DNA of 61,871 bases, filler included, from Theionarchaea archaeon (GTDB lineage: Archaea > Methanobacteriota_B > Thermococci > Methanofastidiosales > SZ-28-30): NCBI GenBank assembly GCA_018992565.1. It is 4 parts of 4 records of this genome, joined end to end, with 100 filler letters (N's around TTAATTAATTAA, not from the genome) between each part and the next. Parts side by side here need not be neighbours in the genome. Positions count along the whole stretch, not along the records: positions 1 to 25,518 come from JACVGW010000033.1; 3 more parts are not named here. One strand, 5' to 3'. Each line of letters starts with the position of its first letter. Position 1 is the stretch's first letter. Shown here one piece after another: positions 1 to 9,528 of the stretch. Position numbers and translations under genes: made by a program. A model generated the notes under the pieces. It was not told the DNA's origin and did not search any database. It worked only from the letters and a program-made list of their open reading frames with translations.

Positions 1-1
1 T

Positions 2-172
2 CTGCAGATACATCGCCTGCTCAAGTCCATTGCTGCCAGAACAGGAGTATCTGAAGGTGACATTAACAGAATACTCAGCCTTGCCCGGGTCATGAATAAG
101 ACCTGCCTGTGCCCTCTGGGCCAGTCTGTTATAATGCCTCTGCAGTCAGGCTTGAACCTTGAGGTGGTATAG
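2..172 (+). CDS. C-terminal fragment of NuoF/HoxF-like NADH-binding flavoprotein subunit (5' end outside window)
   Basis: Manual translation from base 2: LQIHRLLKSIAARTGVSEGDINRILSLARVMNKTCLCPLGQSVIMPLQSGLNLEVV*. The C-x-LGQ motif matches the NuoF 4Fe-4S C-terminus. The stop overlaps the fdhA GTG. Confidence 0.7.
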   Translation: MQIHRLLKSIAARTGVSEGDINRILSLARVMNKTCLCPLGQSVIMPLQSGLNLEVV

Positions 173-2880
173 TGCGGGTGGAGATCACCGTCGACGGGAG
201 CCCCATGCAGCTGACCAAGGGGGAAAATCTGTTGTCTGAGCTGCGTTCTTCTGGGATTGACGTGCCTGGGCTCTGTTACTACGAAAAAGTGTCTCCTACC
301 GGGTGTTGCCGCCTGTGTTCTATCAAAGACACGAAGACTGGCAAGGTGGAGATGGCATGCACCTTAACTGTGTGTGAAGGGATGGATATTCAGGTCTTCA
401 CTTCAGAATTGGAGAGCTACCGAAAGGAGATTCTCCAGTTGATCCTTTCAGAACATGACCATGACTGCATGACCTGTGAAGCTGCTGGTGGCTGTGATCT
501 AGAGGACTTGGCATATCGATATGGCATTGATGCCTCCAGCGAAGTGTATCCCCCTTGTTACAAGGCATCGAGCGTTCATGAGACGCAGGTCCTCATGTTT
601 GATCCCAAGAAATGTATAAAGTGTTACAGATGCATAAAAGCTTGTGATGAACTCCAGGAAAAGCATGTGTTAGACATGGCTGAACGCGCCAGCTACATCA
701 TGGTCTGGCCTGGACATAACGGGATATGGAAAGAGAGCGTATGTGACGGTTGTGGTGAATGTATTCAGGCCTGTCCTGTTGGAGCCTTGTACGAAAGAGA
801 TGCAGTAAGAAAAGGGAGAACCTGGGAACTGACCAGTACAAACACGGTATGCGAATACTGCGGTGTGGGATGTTTAATTCAGGTGTACACTAAAGACAAC
901 CATGTTATTAAGGTCAAAGGCATAGATGGGCCAGCAAATAAAGGGAGATTATGTGTGAAGGGACGATTTGGGCATCAGTATCTCGAAAAAGATCGATTGA
1001 CGTCTCCTCTTATCAAGAAAAATGGCACATTTACAGAAGTCACATGGGATGAAGCTATTCAATATGTTGCTGACACATTCTCGAAGATATTGACCACACA
1101 TGGACCTCACGCACTGGGAGGACTGTCGTCAGCGCGGTGCACAAATGAAGAAAACTACCTCTTCCAGAAATTTGTGAGAGTCCTCTTCCAGAACAATAAT
1201 GTGGATCACTGTGCCCGTCTCTGCCATGCCTCTACTGTAGCAGGGTTGAGCAGAACATTCGGCTCGGGTGCAATGACCAATTCCATTGCTGAGCTCGCTG
1301 ATAGTGACTGCATCTTCGTCATAGGTTCAAATACCACGGAGACCCACCCCGTCATTGCTACCTTTATCAGAAATGCAGTCCGAAAAGGGGCTGCTCTCAT
1401 TGTAGCAGACCCTCGAACCATAGACCTGGCTTCATCTGCTCATGTCCATCTCCAGCACAAGAACGGCACTGATGTAGCACTGCTCAATGGTATAATGAAT
1501 TACATATATATACAGGGGCTACACAACCAGGATTTTATAGAAGCCCGCACAGAAGGATTTTCTGATTTCATAACCGTAGTAAAAGAGTACACCCCTGAAA
1601 GGGTGGAAGACGTTACTGGAGTTCCCACAGAGAAGATACAGGAGGCTGCCCGCCTTTTCGGTCAGGCTGAGAAAGCGTCTATTGTATTCTCCATGGGGAT
1701 AACCCAGCATACCACGGGCACTGATAATGTGGTATCCCTCGCTAATCTGGCCATGCTTACAGGGAATGTGGGCAGGCCCTCTACTGGAGTCAACCCTCTC
1801 AGGGGTCAGGGAAATGTGCAGGGAGCCTGTGACCTAGGTGCTCTATCTGCTGTATACCCCGGCTATCAACCAGTTGCAGATCCTGAAATAAGGAAGCAGT
1901 TCGAAGTTGCCTGGGGTGTTGCCCTGCCAGACACGCCGGGGCTGACTGTCGTTGAGATGATAAACAAGGCAGCACTGGGTGAAATCAAGGGGATGTATAT
2001 CATGGGGGAAAATCCCATGGTTTCAGATCCCAATGGTAACCATGTGGAGAAAGCGTTGAATAACCTAGATTTTTTAGTAGTGCAGGATATTTTCATGACA
2101 GAGACTGCTTTGATGGCAGATGTAGTGCTTCCTTCACAGGCAGCACTGGAAAAAGAGGGTACATTCACCAATACTGAGAGACGCATCCAGGCAGGAAGAA
2201 GAGTGGTGGAACCGCCTCTCAATACAAAGGCCGACTGGGAAATCATTGGGTTACTTGCAGAAAAAATGGGATACCCTATGAAATATGAAGCAGTCTGGGA
2301 CATTCTGAGAGAGATCAACCAGGTAACGCCGATCTACAGAGGAATTACCCCCAGCAGGGTTGCAGAAGGCCTTCAATGGCCATGTCCTTCTGAAGATCAT
2401 CCTGGAACGCCCTACCTGCACAGCGGAACGTTTTCCAGGGGAAGCGGGTTGTTCTCCCCTGTTGACTTCATACCACCTGCAGAGTGTCCTGATGAAGAGT
2501 ATCCCTTCGTGCTGTCAACAGGTAGAATTCTCTATCATTATCACACGGGAACAATGTCCCGGAAAGTGGAAGCATTGAACTCCTTTGTCAATGAAGGGTT
2601 TGTGGAGATTGCTCCTCAGGACGCACATACCCTCAATATAAAGCATAATGACCATGTGGAAGTTGCCACCAGAAGAGGAAAGATCATAGTAAGAGCTCAT
2701 GTCTCTGAGAGGGTAGCTCCACGGTCTGTGTTTATCCCCTTTCACTTCAGCGAGGCACCAGCCAACAGGCTCACCAATGATGCTCTGGATCCTGAAGCTA
2801 TGATTCCGGAGCTCAAGGTGTGTGCATGTGCCATCACAAAGCTGGACATGACTACATCACAGAAGGAGGGAGAAAAATGA
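172..2880 (+). CDS. fdhA: Formate dehydrogenase alpha subunit (Mo/W-bisPGD) with N-terminal NuoG-like Fe-S domains
   Basis: 2Fe-2S motif, HxxxCxxC and 2x[4Fe-4S] motifs, CEYCGVGC, active-site NNVDHCARLCH (Cys, not Sec), LRGQGNVQG. Confidence 0.93.
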   Translation: MRVEITVDGSPMQLTKGENLLSELRSSGIDVPGLCYYEKVSPTGCCRLCSIKDTKTGKVEMACTLTVCEGMDIQVFTSELESYRKEILQLILSEHDHDCMTCEAAGGCDLEDLAYRYGIDASSEVYPPCYKASSVHETQVLMFDPKKCIKCYRCIKACDELQEKHVLDMAERASYIMVWPGHNGIWKESVCDGCGECIQACPVGALYERDAVRKGRTWELTSTNTVCEYCGVGCLIQVYTKDNHVIKVKGIDGPANKGRLCVKGRFGHQYLEKDRLTSPLIKKNGTFTEVTWDEAIQYVADTFSKILTTHGPHALGGLSSARCTNEENYLFQKFVRVLFQNNNVDHCARLCHASTVAGLSRTFGSGAMTNSIAELADSDCIFVIGSNTTETHPVIATFIRNAVRKGAALIVADPRTIDLASSAHVHLQHKNGTDVALLNGIMNYIYIQGLHNQDFIEARTEGFSDFITVVKEYTPERVEDVTGVPTEKIQEAARLFGQAEKASIVFSMGITQHTTGTDNVVSLANLAMLTGNVGRPSTGVNPLRGQGNVQGACDLGALSAVYPGYQPVADPEIRKQFEVAWGVALPDTPGLTVVEMINKAALGEIKGMYIMGENPMVSDPNGNHVEKALNNLDFLVVQDIFMTETALMADVVLPSQAALEKEGTFTNTERRIQAGRRVVEPPLNTKADWEIIGLLAEKMGYPMKYEAVWDILREINQVTPIYRGITPSRVAEGLQWPCPSEDHPGTPYLHSGTFSRGSGLFSPVDFIPPAECPDEEYPFVLSTGRILYHYHTGTMSRKVEALNSFVNEGFVEIAPQDAHTLNIKHNDHVEVATRRGKIIVRAHVSERVAPRSVFIPFHFSEAPANRLTNDALDPEAMIPELKVCACAITKLDMTTSQKEGEK

Positions 2881-4838
2881 ACACAAAAAGTAAACGAGAC
2901 GCGAACCATGAAAATCCGTTAAGAATAGCATCAAAGAAAGATTTTATGGCCCTGGTGGATTCACTCATAGAAGATGGATCTCTGGAAGTCCATGGCGTAA
3001 AATCAAAAGGCACCAAATTCGTGTTTGGACTGCTGGAATCATCTGATGAATTGCGGCTGGACTATGATGTTACTGTCATACCGCCCAAGAAGTACTTCTT
3101 ACCCCAGGACGAATCCATGATGCACTTTGACACATCTCAACCCTTTTCAGTACAGGCGAATGAAGACATTCCCAAGAGAGTGATAATCGGAGTCCATCCC
3201 TATGATATCGTGGCCATAAAGCAGATGGATACGTACTATACAGATTCCTTTGTAGATGATCTGTATGTCAAGAGACGAAAGAATACCCTGCTTGTGGGAG
3301 CACATGTGGCCAGAGTTTCGGAGAAGGCATTTTTCGGTGATATGGGAACTGGTATGGTAGATTCTGGATTTGATCTCATGTTGACTGACCTCAAAGACGT
3401 AATTGCACTGGAGGTTGGTACAACTGCAGGAGCAGACCTGATATCGAGCCTGAAGACTCGAGATGCTACCCCAGAAGAAGTAGAAAAGATCAGAAAAGCA
3501 GTAGAAAAAGCTGCAGCAGAGGCCAGGAGGGGATTGAAAACACCTCCGGATCAGTGGTCTCATCTCCTGCAGGGGAACTACGACAACCCTGTGTGGAAGA
3601 CCCAGTCCGAAAAGTGTCTCTCCTGCGGAACCTGCACCAGCGTATGTCCCACCTGTTTCTGCTATGATGTCAATGACAAGATGCATCTCGACATGAAAAC
3701 TGGCAGCAGGATAAGAACATGGGATGGCTGCATGCTGCGTTCCTTTACACGTGTTGGCTCTGGTGAAATCTTCAGAGAAAAGAGAATAGACAGATACAGA
3801 CACAGGTTCTACCGCAAGGGGGAATACCTCCCTGCCAGGCTCAATTTTGTCGCATGCGTTGGCTGTGGGCGTTGTTCCACACAGTGCATTCCTGACATTG
3901 CAGATCCTGTCACACTCATCAACATGGTAACAGACAGTTCTCAGACGCTGAAACCCCCTGTACCCCATGCTGCGTCTCCTGTCACTGTTGAAGGACAGGT
4001 TCCTGACGACACAGGCCCTGGATTGTACATCCCCTGCCCTGCCACCATCAAGAGAGCAGTGCAATTGTCAGAATGGGAGAAGCTGTTCGAGCTCGAGCTG
4101 GACGATGGAAGTGCACTGGACCATGAACCTGGTCAATTTGTAGAAGTCTCTATCATGGGATATGGTGAAGCGCCCATATCTGTATCTTCAGCTCCTGGAA
4201 CCAAATCCTTCGAACTGGCTGTACGGAAGGTGGGAGATGTCACCTCGCGGCTGCATGCACTGAATCCCGGAGACAAAGTGGGTATTAGAGGTCCTTTTGG
4301 CACAGGGTTTGGTGTTGAAGAACTGAAAGGCAAGAACCTCCTGGTTATTGCGGGCGGCATTGGTATTATCCCCGCCCGTTCACTGATCAACTATGTCCTG
4401 GATCACAGGAAGGACTTTGGGGAGCTTACAATTCTATACGGGTGTAAGAAGCCCTGTGAGCTGCTATTTGGTGACGAAGTCCAAGCATGGGATAAGAGAG
4501 AAGATGTAGCCCATTTGAGATCAGTGGATTCCTGTCCTGAAGGAGAGTGTTGGGAAGGTGAGGTTGGTCTCATCACCTGTCTGATTCCTCTGGCTACCTT
4601 TGATCCAAAGAACACCATAGCCATTGTAGTGGGTCCTCCTGTCATGTACAAGTTCGTGATACGGGACCTCATGGGCAGGGGCATGCCTGAAGAGAATATC
4701 ATAGTCTCTCTGGAAAGGCGTATGAAGTGCGGTGTGGGAAAGTGCGGGCACTGCCAGATAAACGGAGTCTATGTGTGTAAGGAGGGGCCAGTGTTCAGGT
4801 ACAGCCAGATAAAGAACTCACCGGAGGCGTTCACATGA
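2877..4838 (+). CDS. Fused sulfhydrogenase (group 3b hydrogenase) beta (Fe-S) and gamma (FAD/NAD(P)) subunits
   Basis: N-half has CLSCGTCTSVCPTCFC and CVGCGRCSTQC. C-half has PGQF, RGPFG, GGIGIIP and ERRMKCGVGKCGHC. ATG at 2877 overlaps the fdhA stop (ATGA) after GGAGG. Confidence 0.88.
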   Translation: MNTKSKRDANHENPLRIASKKDFMALVDSLIEDGSLEVHGVKSKGTKFVFGLLESSDELRLDYDVTVIPPKKYFLPQDESMMHFDTSQPFSVQANEDIPKRVIIGVHPYDIVAIKQMDTYYTDSFVDDLYVKRRKNTLLVGAHVARVSEKAFFGDMGTGMVDSGFDLMLTDLKDVIALEVGTTAGADLISSLKTRDATPEEVEKIRKAVEKAAAEARRGLKTPPDQWSHLLQGNYDNPVWKTQSEKCLSCGTCTSVCPTCFCYDVNDKMHLDMKTGSRIRTWDGCMLRSFTRVGSGEIFREKRIDRYRHRFYRKGEYLPARLNFVACVGCGRCSTQCIPDIADPVTLINMVTDSSQTLKPPVPHAASPVTVEGQVPDDTGPGLYIPCPATIKRAVQLSEWEKLFELELDDGSALDHEPGQFVEVSIMGYGEAPISVSSAPGTKSFELAVRKVGDVTSRLHALNPGDKVGIRGPFGTGFGVEELKGKNLLVIAGGIGIIPARSLINYVLDHRKDFGELTILYGCKKPCELLFGDEVQAWDKREDVAHLRSVDSCPEGECWEGEVGLITCLIPLATFDPKNTIAIVVGPPVMYKFVIRDLMGRGMPEENIIVSLERRMKCGVGKCGHCQINGVYVCKEGPVFRYSQIKNSPEAFT

Positions 4839-5617
4839 AGAAACAAAAACCACGGGTAGCCTTCTTTGACTTTGCGAGTTGTGAAGGCTGTCAGCTGCAG
4901 ATAGCAAACCTCGAAGAAGCAGTCATTGATGTAACGAAGCTCGTAGACATTGTCTCATTCAGGGAAGTCATGAAAGAACACTCAGATGACTATGATATTG
5001 CAGTGGTGGAAGGGTCTATCATGCGGCCCATGGACGAGGAACGACTTAAGAAGATCAGAGAGAACGCCAAGATACTGGTGGCTCTAGGAGCCTGCGCCTG
5101 TACCGGATGTGTACAGAGAATGGTCAATCAATGGCCAGTTGAGGAGAGCATCACCACAGTCTATAACAAAGACGAGGCCCTCAAAGACAATCCCTACTTC
5201 GCCAATTTCGAGACCAAAGCCCTGGATGAAGTGGTTCCTGTGGATGCGTATGTACCAGGATGTCCCATAGACCGTGATGAATTCTGCAAGGTGTTAGTGG
5301 CGTTGCTGCTAGGAAAGAAGTCCCCTGTTCCTGACTATCCTGTGTGTGTGGAGTGTAAGAAGAAAGAGAATGTATGCTTATTTGAGCTGGGCAAAGTCTG
5401 CATGGGTCCTGTAGCTCGGGCGGGATGTGGAGCTATCTGTCCCACGCATGGGGCCGAGTGTGAGGCATGCCGGGGGTATGTCACTCATCCTGAAGAGGAT
5501 GCTCAGACTGATGTCCTGACGAAGTACGGGATATCTGCAGAACAGATCATGCAGCGAAAATCCATGTTCACTTACCGCTACATTGAGGAGAAAGCCAAAC
5601 AGGAGGTGGAAGAATGA
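4835..5617 (+). CDS. hydD: Group 3b [NiFe]-hydrogenase small (delta) subunit
   Basis: SCEGC, VEGS, GACA, PGCP and C-terminal Cys cluster. Confidence 0.9.
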   Translation: MKKQKPRVAFFDFASCEGCQLQIANLEEAVIDVTKLVDIVSFREVMKEHSDDYDIAVVEGSIMRPMDEERLKKIRENAKILVALGACACTGCVQRMVNQWPVEESITTVYNKDEALKDNPYFANFETKALDEVVPVDAYVPGCPIDRDEFCKVLVALLLGKKSPVPDYPVCVECKKKENVCLFELGKVCMGPVARAGCGAICPTHGAECEACRGYVTHPEEDAQTDVLTKYGISAEQIMQRKSMFTYRYIEEKAKQEVEE

Positions 5618-6906
5618 GCGAAATAGCTATTAAAGTGGATCATCTTACTCGTGTGGAAGGCCATGGGAACATTATTCTGAATGCAAAGAACGGCGCCATA
5701 GAGAAAGTCCAGTGGCAGGTTACTGAAGCTCCTCGCATGTTCGAATCATTTGTCAGAGGAAGGCACTACCATCAGGTATCGCATGTCATGTCACGGATAT
5801 GCGGGATTTGTTCCATTGGCCATGCATTGTGTTCACTGAAAGCCACAGAAGCTGCCATGAGTGTCACCATCAGTGAACAGACGGAGCTCTTGAGGAAAGT
5901 TGCCTTACATGCTGAGAACATGCAGAGTCACATACTTCACGTTGGGTATCTGGTGGCTCCTGACTTGTTCAGAAAAGGAAGTGTATTCCCACTGATAGAG
6001 ACTCATCCCGATGCTGTTCTAAAGATCATTGCTTTGCATCGACTGGCCAATGAGATGTCAGATCTCCTCTGTGGTAGAACGACACATCCTATTACTCTGA
6101 TGGTGGGTGGATTTACCAGTACACCTTCAGAGAGAGAACTTTCCTCCTTGAGAGACAGATTATCTAACATTCTCCCCGTGTGCGACGAAGTCAATCAATT
6201 ATTGCTGGACAACGTGCACATGCTCCCTGATTTTACCAGAGAAACAGAGTACATAGGACTAACCAGTGATACAGAGTATGCCCTCTATGACGGAGTCATT
6301 GGTTCCACTGACACGGGTACTCACCCTGTAGAAGACTACGAATCTATTGCCAACGAGTATGTTGTGCCCTATTCTACAGCGAAATTTGCCAGCCATGCAC
6401 GGGAATCCTATATGGTGGGAGCTCTGGCCCGGTTCAACCTCAATGCTGAGAAATTAACCTCAGGAGCCAGAGCATGGGCACAGAAGTTCGGATTGAGCCC
6501 CATCAGCTACAATCCCTTCATGAATAATGTTGCCCAGCTGATCGAGTACTACCACTCTGTAGAGGATTCCATAGCATTGATAGACACAATCCTGAACAAA
6601 GGATTGAAGAACGAGACACCCAGCTACGCGGTGAAAGCAGGACGCGGTGTTGGAGCTGTTGAAGTTCCTCGCGGGATCTTATTCCATGACTACACGTACA
6701 ATGACAAGGGATTCTGCACCAGAGCCAACTGTGTCATACCCACAAACCAGAATCACAAGAACATCAACCTGGATCTGGAAGCTCTTGCTCCCACTCTCCT
6801 GGGGTTAGCAGAAAAAGAAATCGAGCTGAATCTGGAAATGCTGGTCAGAGCCTACGATCCCTGCATATCGTGTTCAACTCATTATCTCACTGTGGAATTC
6901 ACATGA
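5614..6906 (+). CDS. hydA: Group 3b [NiFe]-hydrogenase large (alpha) subunit
   Basis: RVEGHG, L1 motif RICGIC, L2 motif DPCISCSTH followed by a short cleavable tail. Confidence 0.95.
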   Translation: MSEIAIKVDHLTRVEGHGNIILNAKNGAIEKVQWQVTEAPRMFESFVRGRHYHQVSHVMSRICGICSIGHALCSLKATEAAMSVTISEQTELLRKVALHAENMQSHILHVGYLVAPDLFRKGSVFPLIETHPDAVLKIIALHRLANEMSDLLCGRTTHPITLMVGGFTSTPSERELSSLRDRLSNILPVCDEVNQLLLDNVHMLPDFTRETEYIGLTSDTEYALYDGVIGSTDTGTHPVEDYESIANEYVVPYSTAKFASHARESYMVGALARFNLNAEKLTSGARAWAQKFGLSPISYNPFMNNVAQLIEYYHSVEDSIALIDTILNKGLKNETPSYAVKAGRGVGAVEVPRGILFHDYTYNDKGFCTRANCVIPTNQNHKNINLDLEALAPTLLGLAEKEIELNLEMLVRAYDPCISCSTHYLTVEFT

Positions 6907-6917
6907 AGGGTTCCCAC

Positions 6918-6938
6918 CCTTTTTTCCTTCTCTTTTTT
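6918..6938 (+). terminator. T-rich archaeal terminator-like tract
   Basis: CTTTTTTCCTTCTCTTTTTT immediately after the hydA stop. Confidence 0.45.
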
Positions 6939-7046
6939 GGTTGGATTTACACATGGACTTCCTGTACGAGTACAGATTCTTAACAGATTGATAAGTCCTG
7001 GTCCTTCTTCCAAACCTTTATTTTTGTAGTGGCTTTATGACAGGTA

Positions 7047-7538
7047 ATGAATCCAGAAAAGGATGAACTACATGAGGCAGCTGCTATTGCAGTCATCACT
7101 ATTGGCAATGAACTCATGGGAGATGATGGTGCAGGCCCTGCTGTTTTTGAGGCTCTCCGGAAAGAACCACTGCCTCCTGGCGTTGATGTAATTGATGGGG
7201 GAACTGGGGGGATGTCCCTCTTACATGTAATAAAGGACTATCCCCATGTTATCCTTGTCGATTGTGCAGATTTTGGAGGAAATCCTGGAGAAGTCAAAGT
7301 ATTTGTGCCGGAGGAAGTGAGATCGCTAAAGGAGATCGAGTATTCGCTACATCAACTGGACCTTCTGGAGGTTATTGCTCTCTCCCAGAGAATTGGAGAA
7401 GCACCACGTACAATTCACATCGTTGCTGTTCAGCCAGAAAGAATAGAACCTGCTACAACACTGACAAGAAAAGTCTCTGCTGCCCTTCCACTGATGGTGA
7501 AGGAGGTGCTAAAGCAGATCATGAAAATGACTCAATAA
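7047..7538 (+). CDS. Hydrogenase maturation protease (HycI/HyaD family)
   Basis: IGNELMGDDGAG, DGGTGG, VDCAD and SLHQ motifs; adjacent to hydA. Confidence 0.92.
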   Translation: MNPEKDELHEAAAIAVITIGNELMGDDGAGPAVFEALRKEPLPPGVDVIDGGTGGMSLLHVIKDYPHVILVDCADFGGNPGEVKVFVPEEVRSLKEIEYSLHQLDLLEVIALSQRIGEAPRTIHIVAVQPERIEPATTLTRKVSAALPLMVKEVLKQIMKMTQ

Positions 7539-7605
7539 CGCAGCCAAAATTCATCCTACATGTCAGAGAATTTCGGGCTTCACGTTGTTTGCCAGCATTC
7601 TACTG

Positions 7606-7740
7606 TTAATCTTCTTCCCCAAATTCTCGTTGCCGCTTCTTTTGTTCATTAGCGTCCCGCAATAGGGCTGCAACATATTCCCTCGTTTCCAGACTTTCCA
7701 TCCAGATTGTTGGTAGTGTTGGTAGTGACCTTCTTCTCAA
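7606..7740 (-). CDS. Small hypothetical protein (44 aa)
   Basis: GGAGGTG RBS then TTG: MRRRSLPTLPTIWMESLETREYVAALLRDANEQKKRQREFGEED*; below the ORF-track cutoff. Confidence 0.35.
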   Translation of the reverse strand: MRRRSLPTLPTIWMESLETREYVAALLRDANEQKKRQREFGEED

Positions 7741-7849
7741 CGCACCCACCTCCACAAGATTCTACAAAATCGCTTACAAGGCTTGCCATTTCAACATGAC
7801 TTTACACATATATATTCTGCGTATGGAATGTATATAGCTCGCATGTCAT

Positions 7850-8689
7850 CTATATAGAACGAGAATTTGAGTTTTTAATATCCTCTTCTTCCATCATTCT
7901 GCAGGAGCCTGTCCTGCCAGGTATTCCTACTGCATCAGCCCTGCATTGGATGCACAACCTGAACTGGGGAAGTATCTTTTCACATCGTGCCCTGGTGGAC
8001 CTGAGCTCTTCACACGTGGGAGCCAGAACATGGGAATAACCAGCCAGTGGAATTAAGGGGATAATATTTTGCATACAAGCGCCTCTCTCCTTTGACTGGA
8101 CAGCCACATCTTCCATTCCTTTTGAAGTAACACCGGGGATGAGTACTGAATTCACTTTGACTCGCATTCCCAACTCAACGCAGGCTTCAATTCCTCTCAA
8201 CTGGCATGAGATAAACTGTTCTGCTACTTTTTCTGGAGGTTCTCCCATGATATGCAGATACACTTCTGGGATAGTCTCTGCTTTCACAGTATTAATTGTT
8301 ACTGTGACCGTTTTCACTCCCAACTGGGCAAGAAGCTCAGCCTTATCAGGCAGCAACAGTCCATTGGTGGCAACGCAAAGAATGAGACGGGGAAACCTTT
8401 CGTTTACCAAATCAAGTGTTTCAAATGTGTCTTGGTTGTACAATGGTTCGCCAGGCCCCGCAATGCCTGCTACCTTCATTGCAGGATTCATGTAGAAGGC
8501 AACTCTCTCAACTGCTTCATGAGGAGTCAATATTCTTTCAGCCACACCGGGCCTGCATCCATGATATGAAACTCCAACCTGACGTGAGCAATACCTGCAG
8601 GAAATATTGCACGCTTCTGCCACAGGGAGGTGGATTCTCCCATACAGAAAGTGTGCTTTTTCATCAAAACAGGGGTGGTCCAGCATCAC
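7850..8689 (-). CDS. NifB-like radical SAM protein (stand-alone SAM domain, no NifX domain)
   Basis: HPCF, RIHLPVA-CNISCRYC, AGPGEPL, TVTIN and CIQCRADAVG motifs. Confidence 0.85.
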   Translation of the reverse strand: MMLDHPCFDEKAHFLYGRIHLPVAEACNISCRYCSRQVGVSYHGCRPGVAERILTPHEAVERVAFYMNPAMKVAGIAGPGEPLYNQDTFETLDLVNERFPRLILCVATNGLLLPDKAELLAQLGVKTVTVTINTVKAETIPEVYLHIMGEPPEKVAEQFISCQLRGIEACVELGMRVKVNSVLIPGVTSKGMEDVAVQSKERGACMQNIIPLIPLAGYSHVLAPTCEELRSTRARCEKILPQFRLCIQCRADAVGIPGRTGSCRMMEEEDIKNSNSRSI

Positions 8690-8767
8690 GCATACTACTG
8701 CGACTGAAGTTAATAAAGGTGAGGAAGCACAGGCAATTCAGAAAAAGGTGAAAAAAAAGAGAGTCTT

Positions 8768-9403
8768 CTAGCTTCTGAAAGAACTGATGGCATGTTTTAT
8801 TGCTTTACTGGCAAAGAGGGCTTCACACACTATCCCCAGCAGCAAAATCTCTACTGCCCCCTTAACCAGGATCCCTTCCACCACAGGCATGGGCAAGAAA
8901 TAAGGAATACCCACAATTCCCATGGTAACCAGTGTAAACGCCGCTTCAGGGATCCAGCCAGCCAGAGCTGTAGGGACAATTCGTGGTATTCTCCTGTTTC
9001 TGACGTTATCTTTTTCAGTGCCATTGCTGCCCAATACATTCAATTTCATGGCCAGGTACCCAACAAACAGTCCAGTTAGTGCCTTGCCTGGAGGCACGAG
9101 CACATTTCCGAACACTGTCATAGGATAGATTCCAATCAGTGCACCGGTAACCATTCCATAGAAGGGCCCCAGAGCAATAGCAACAATAAACGTTCCAATG
9201 TGAGAAAAATCCACATTAATGTTGGGCCCTATAGGTACAAAGGAGACTACAGCCAGGGCAGTACCCATAGCTGACATAATACCAACGAAGACAATGTGTT
9301 TCACCGTGATTTTTTGTCTACTTACATATATCCTTAGGAAAACTCCCAGAAGTACAATAGCCACAATGACAGTCAGTTCCGGGATCAATTGTTCCATGTC
9401 CAT
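8768..9403 (-). CDS. ECF-type transporter S-component-like membrane protein
   Basis: About 6 hydrophobic helices with the pattern SAMGTALA...DFSHIG...ALGPFYGMVTG. Start placed at MDMEQ after GGTGA. Confidence 0.65.
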   Translation of the reverse strand: MDMEQLIPELTVIVAIVLLGVFLRIYVSRQKITVKHIVFVGIMSAMGTALAVVSFVPIGPNINVDFSHIGTFIVAIALGPFYGMVTGALIGIYPMTVFGNVLVPPGKALTGLFVGYLAMKLNVLGSNGTEKDNVRNRRIPRIVPTALAGWIPEAAFTLVTMGIVGIPYFLPMPVVEGILVKGAVEILLLGIVCEALFASKAIKHAISSFRS

Positions 9404-9528
9404 CGGATCACCGCAGTGAGCTGGAGTTGTCTTTTTAAATATCTTTGGGTACATACTCACATCTGAGTAAAATCAGGAGGTGATGAAGTGACATGGGGGT
9501 TTATGCTGGAATCTCGAGATGTGACCTG

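Noticed and set aside
172..2880. Selenocysteine in FdhA or the hydrogenase
   Set aside because: The ORFs are uninterrupted and the active sites encode Cys (CARLCH; DPCISC).
3147..4064. Long antisense ORFs (for example 3147-4064, 12707-13387, 30220-31017)
   Set aside because: Shadows of well-supported genes on the opposite strand, with no motifs of their own.
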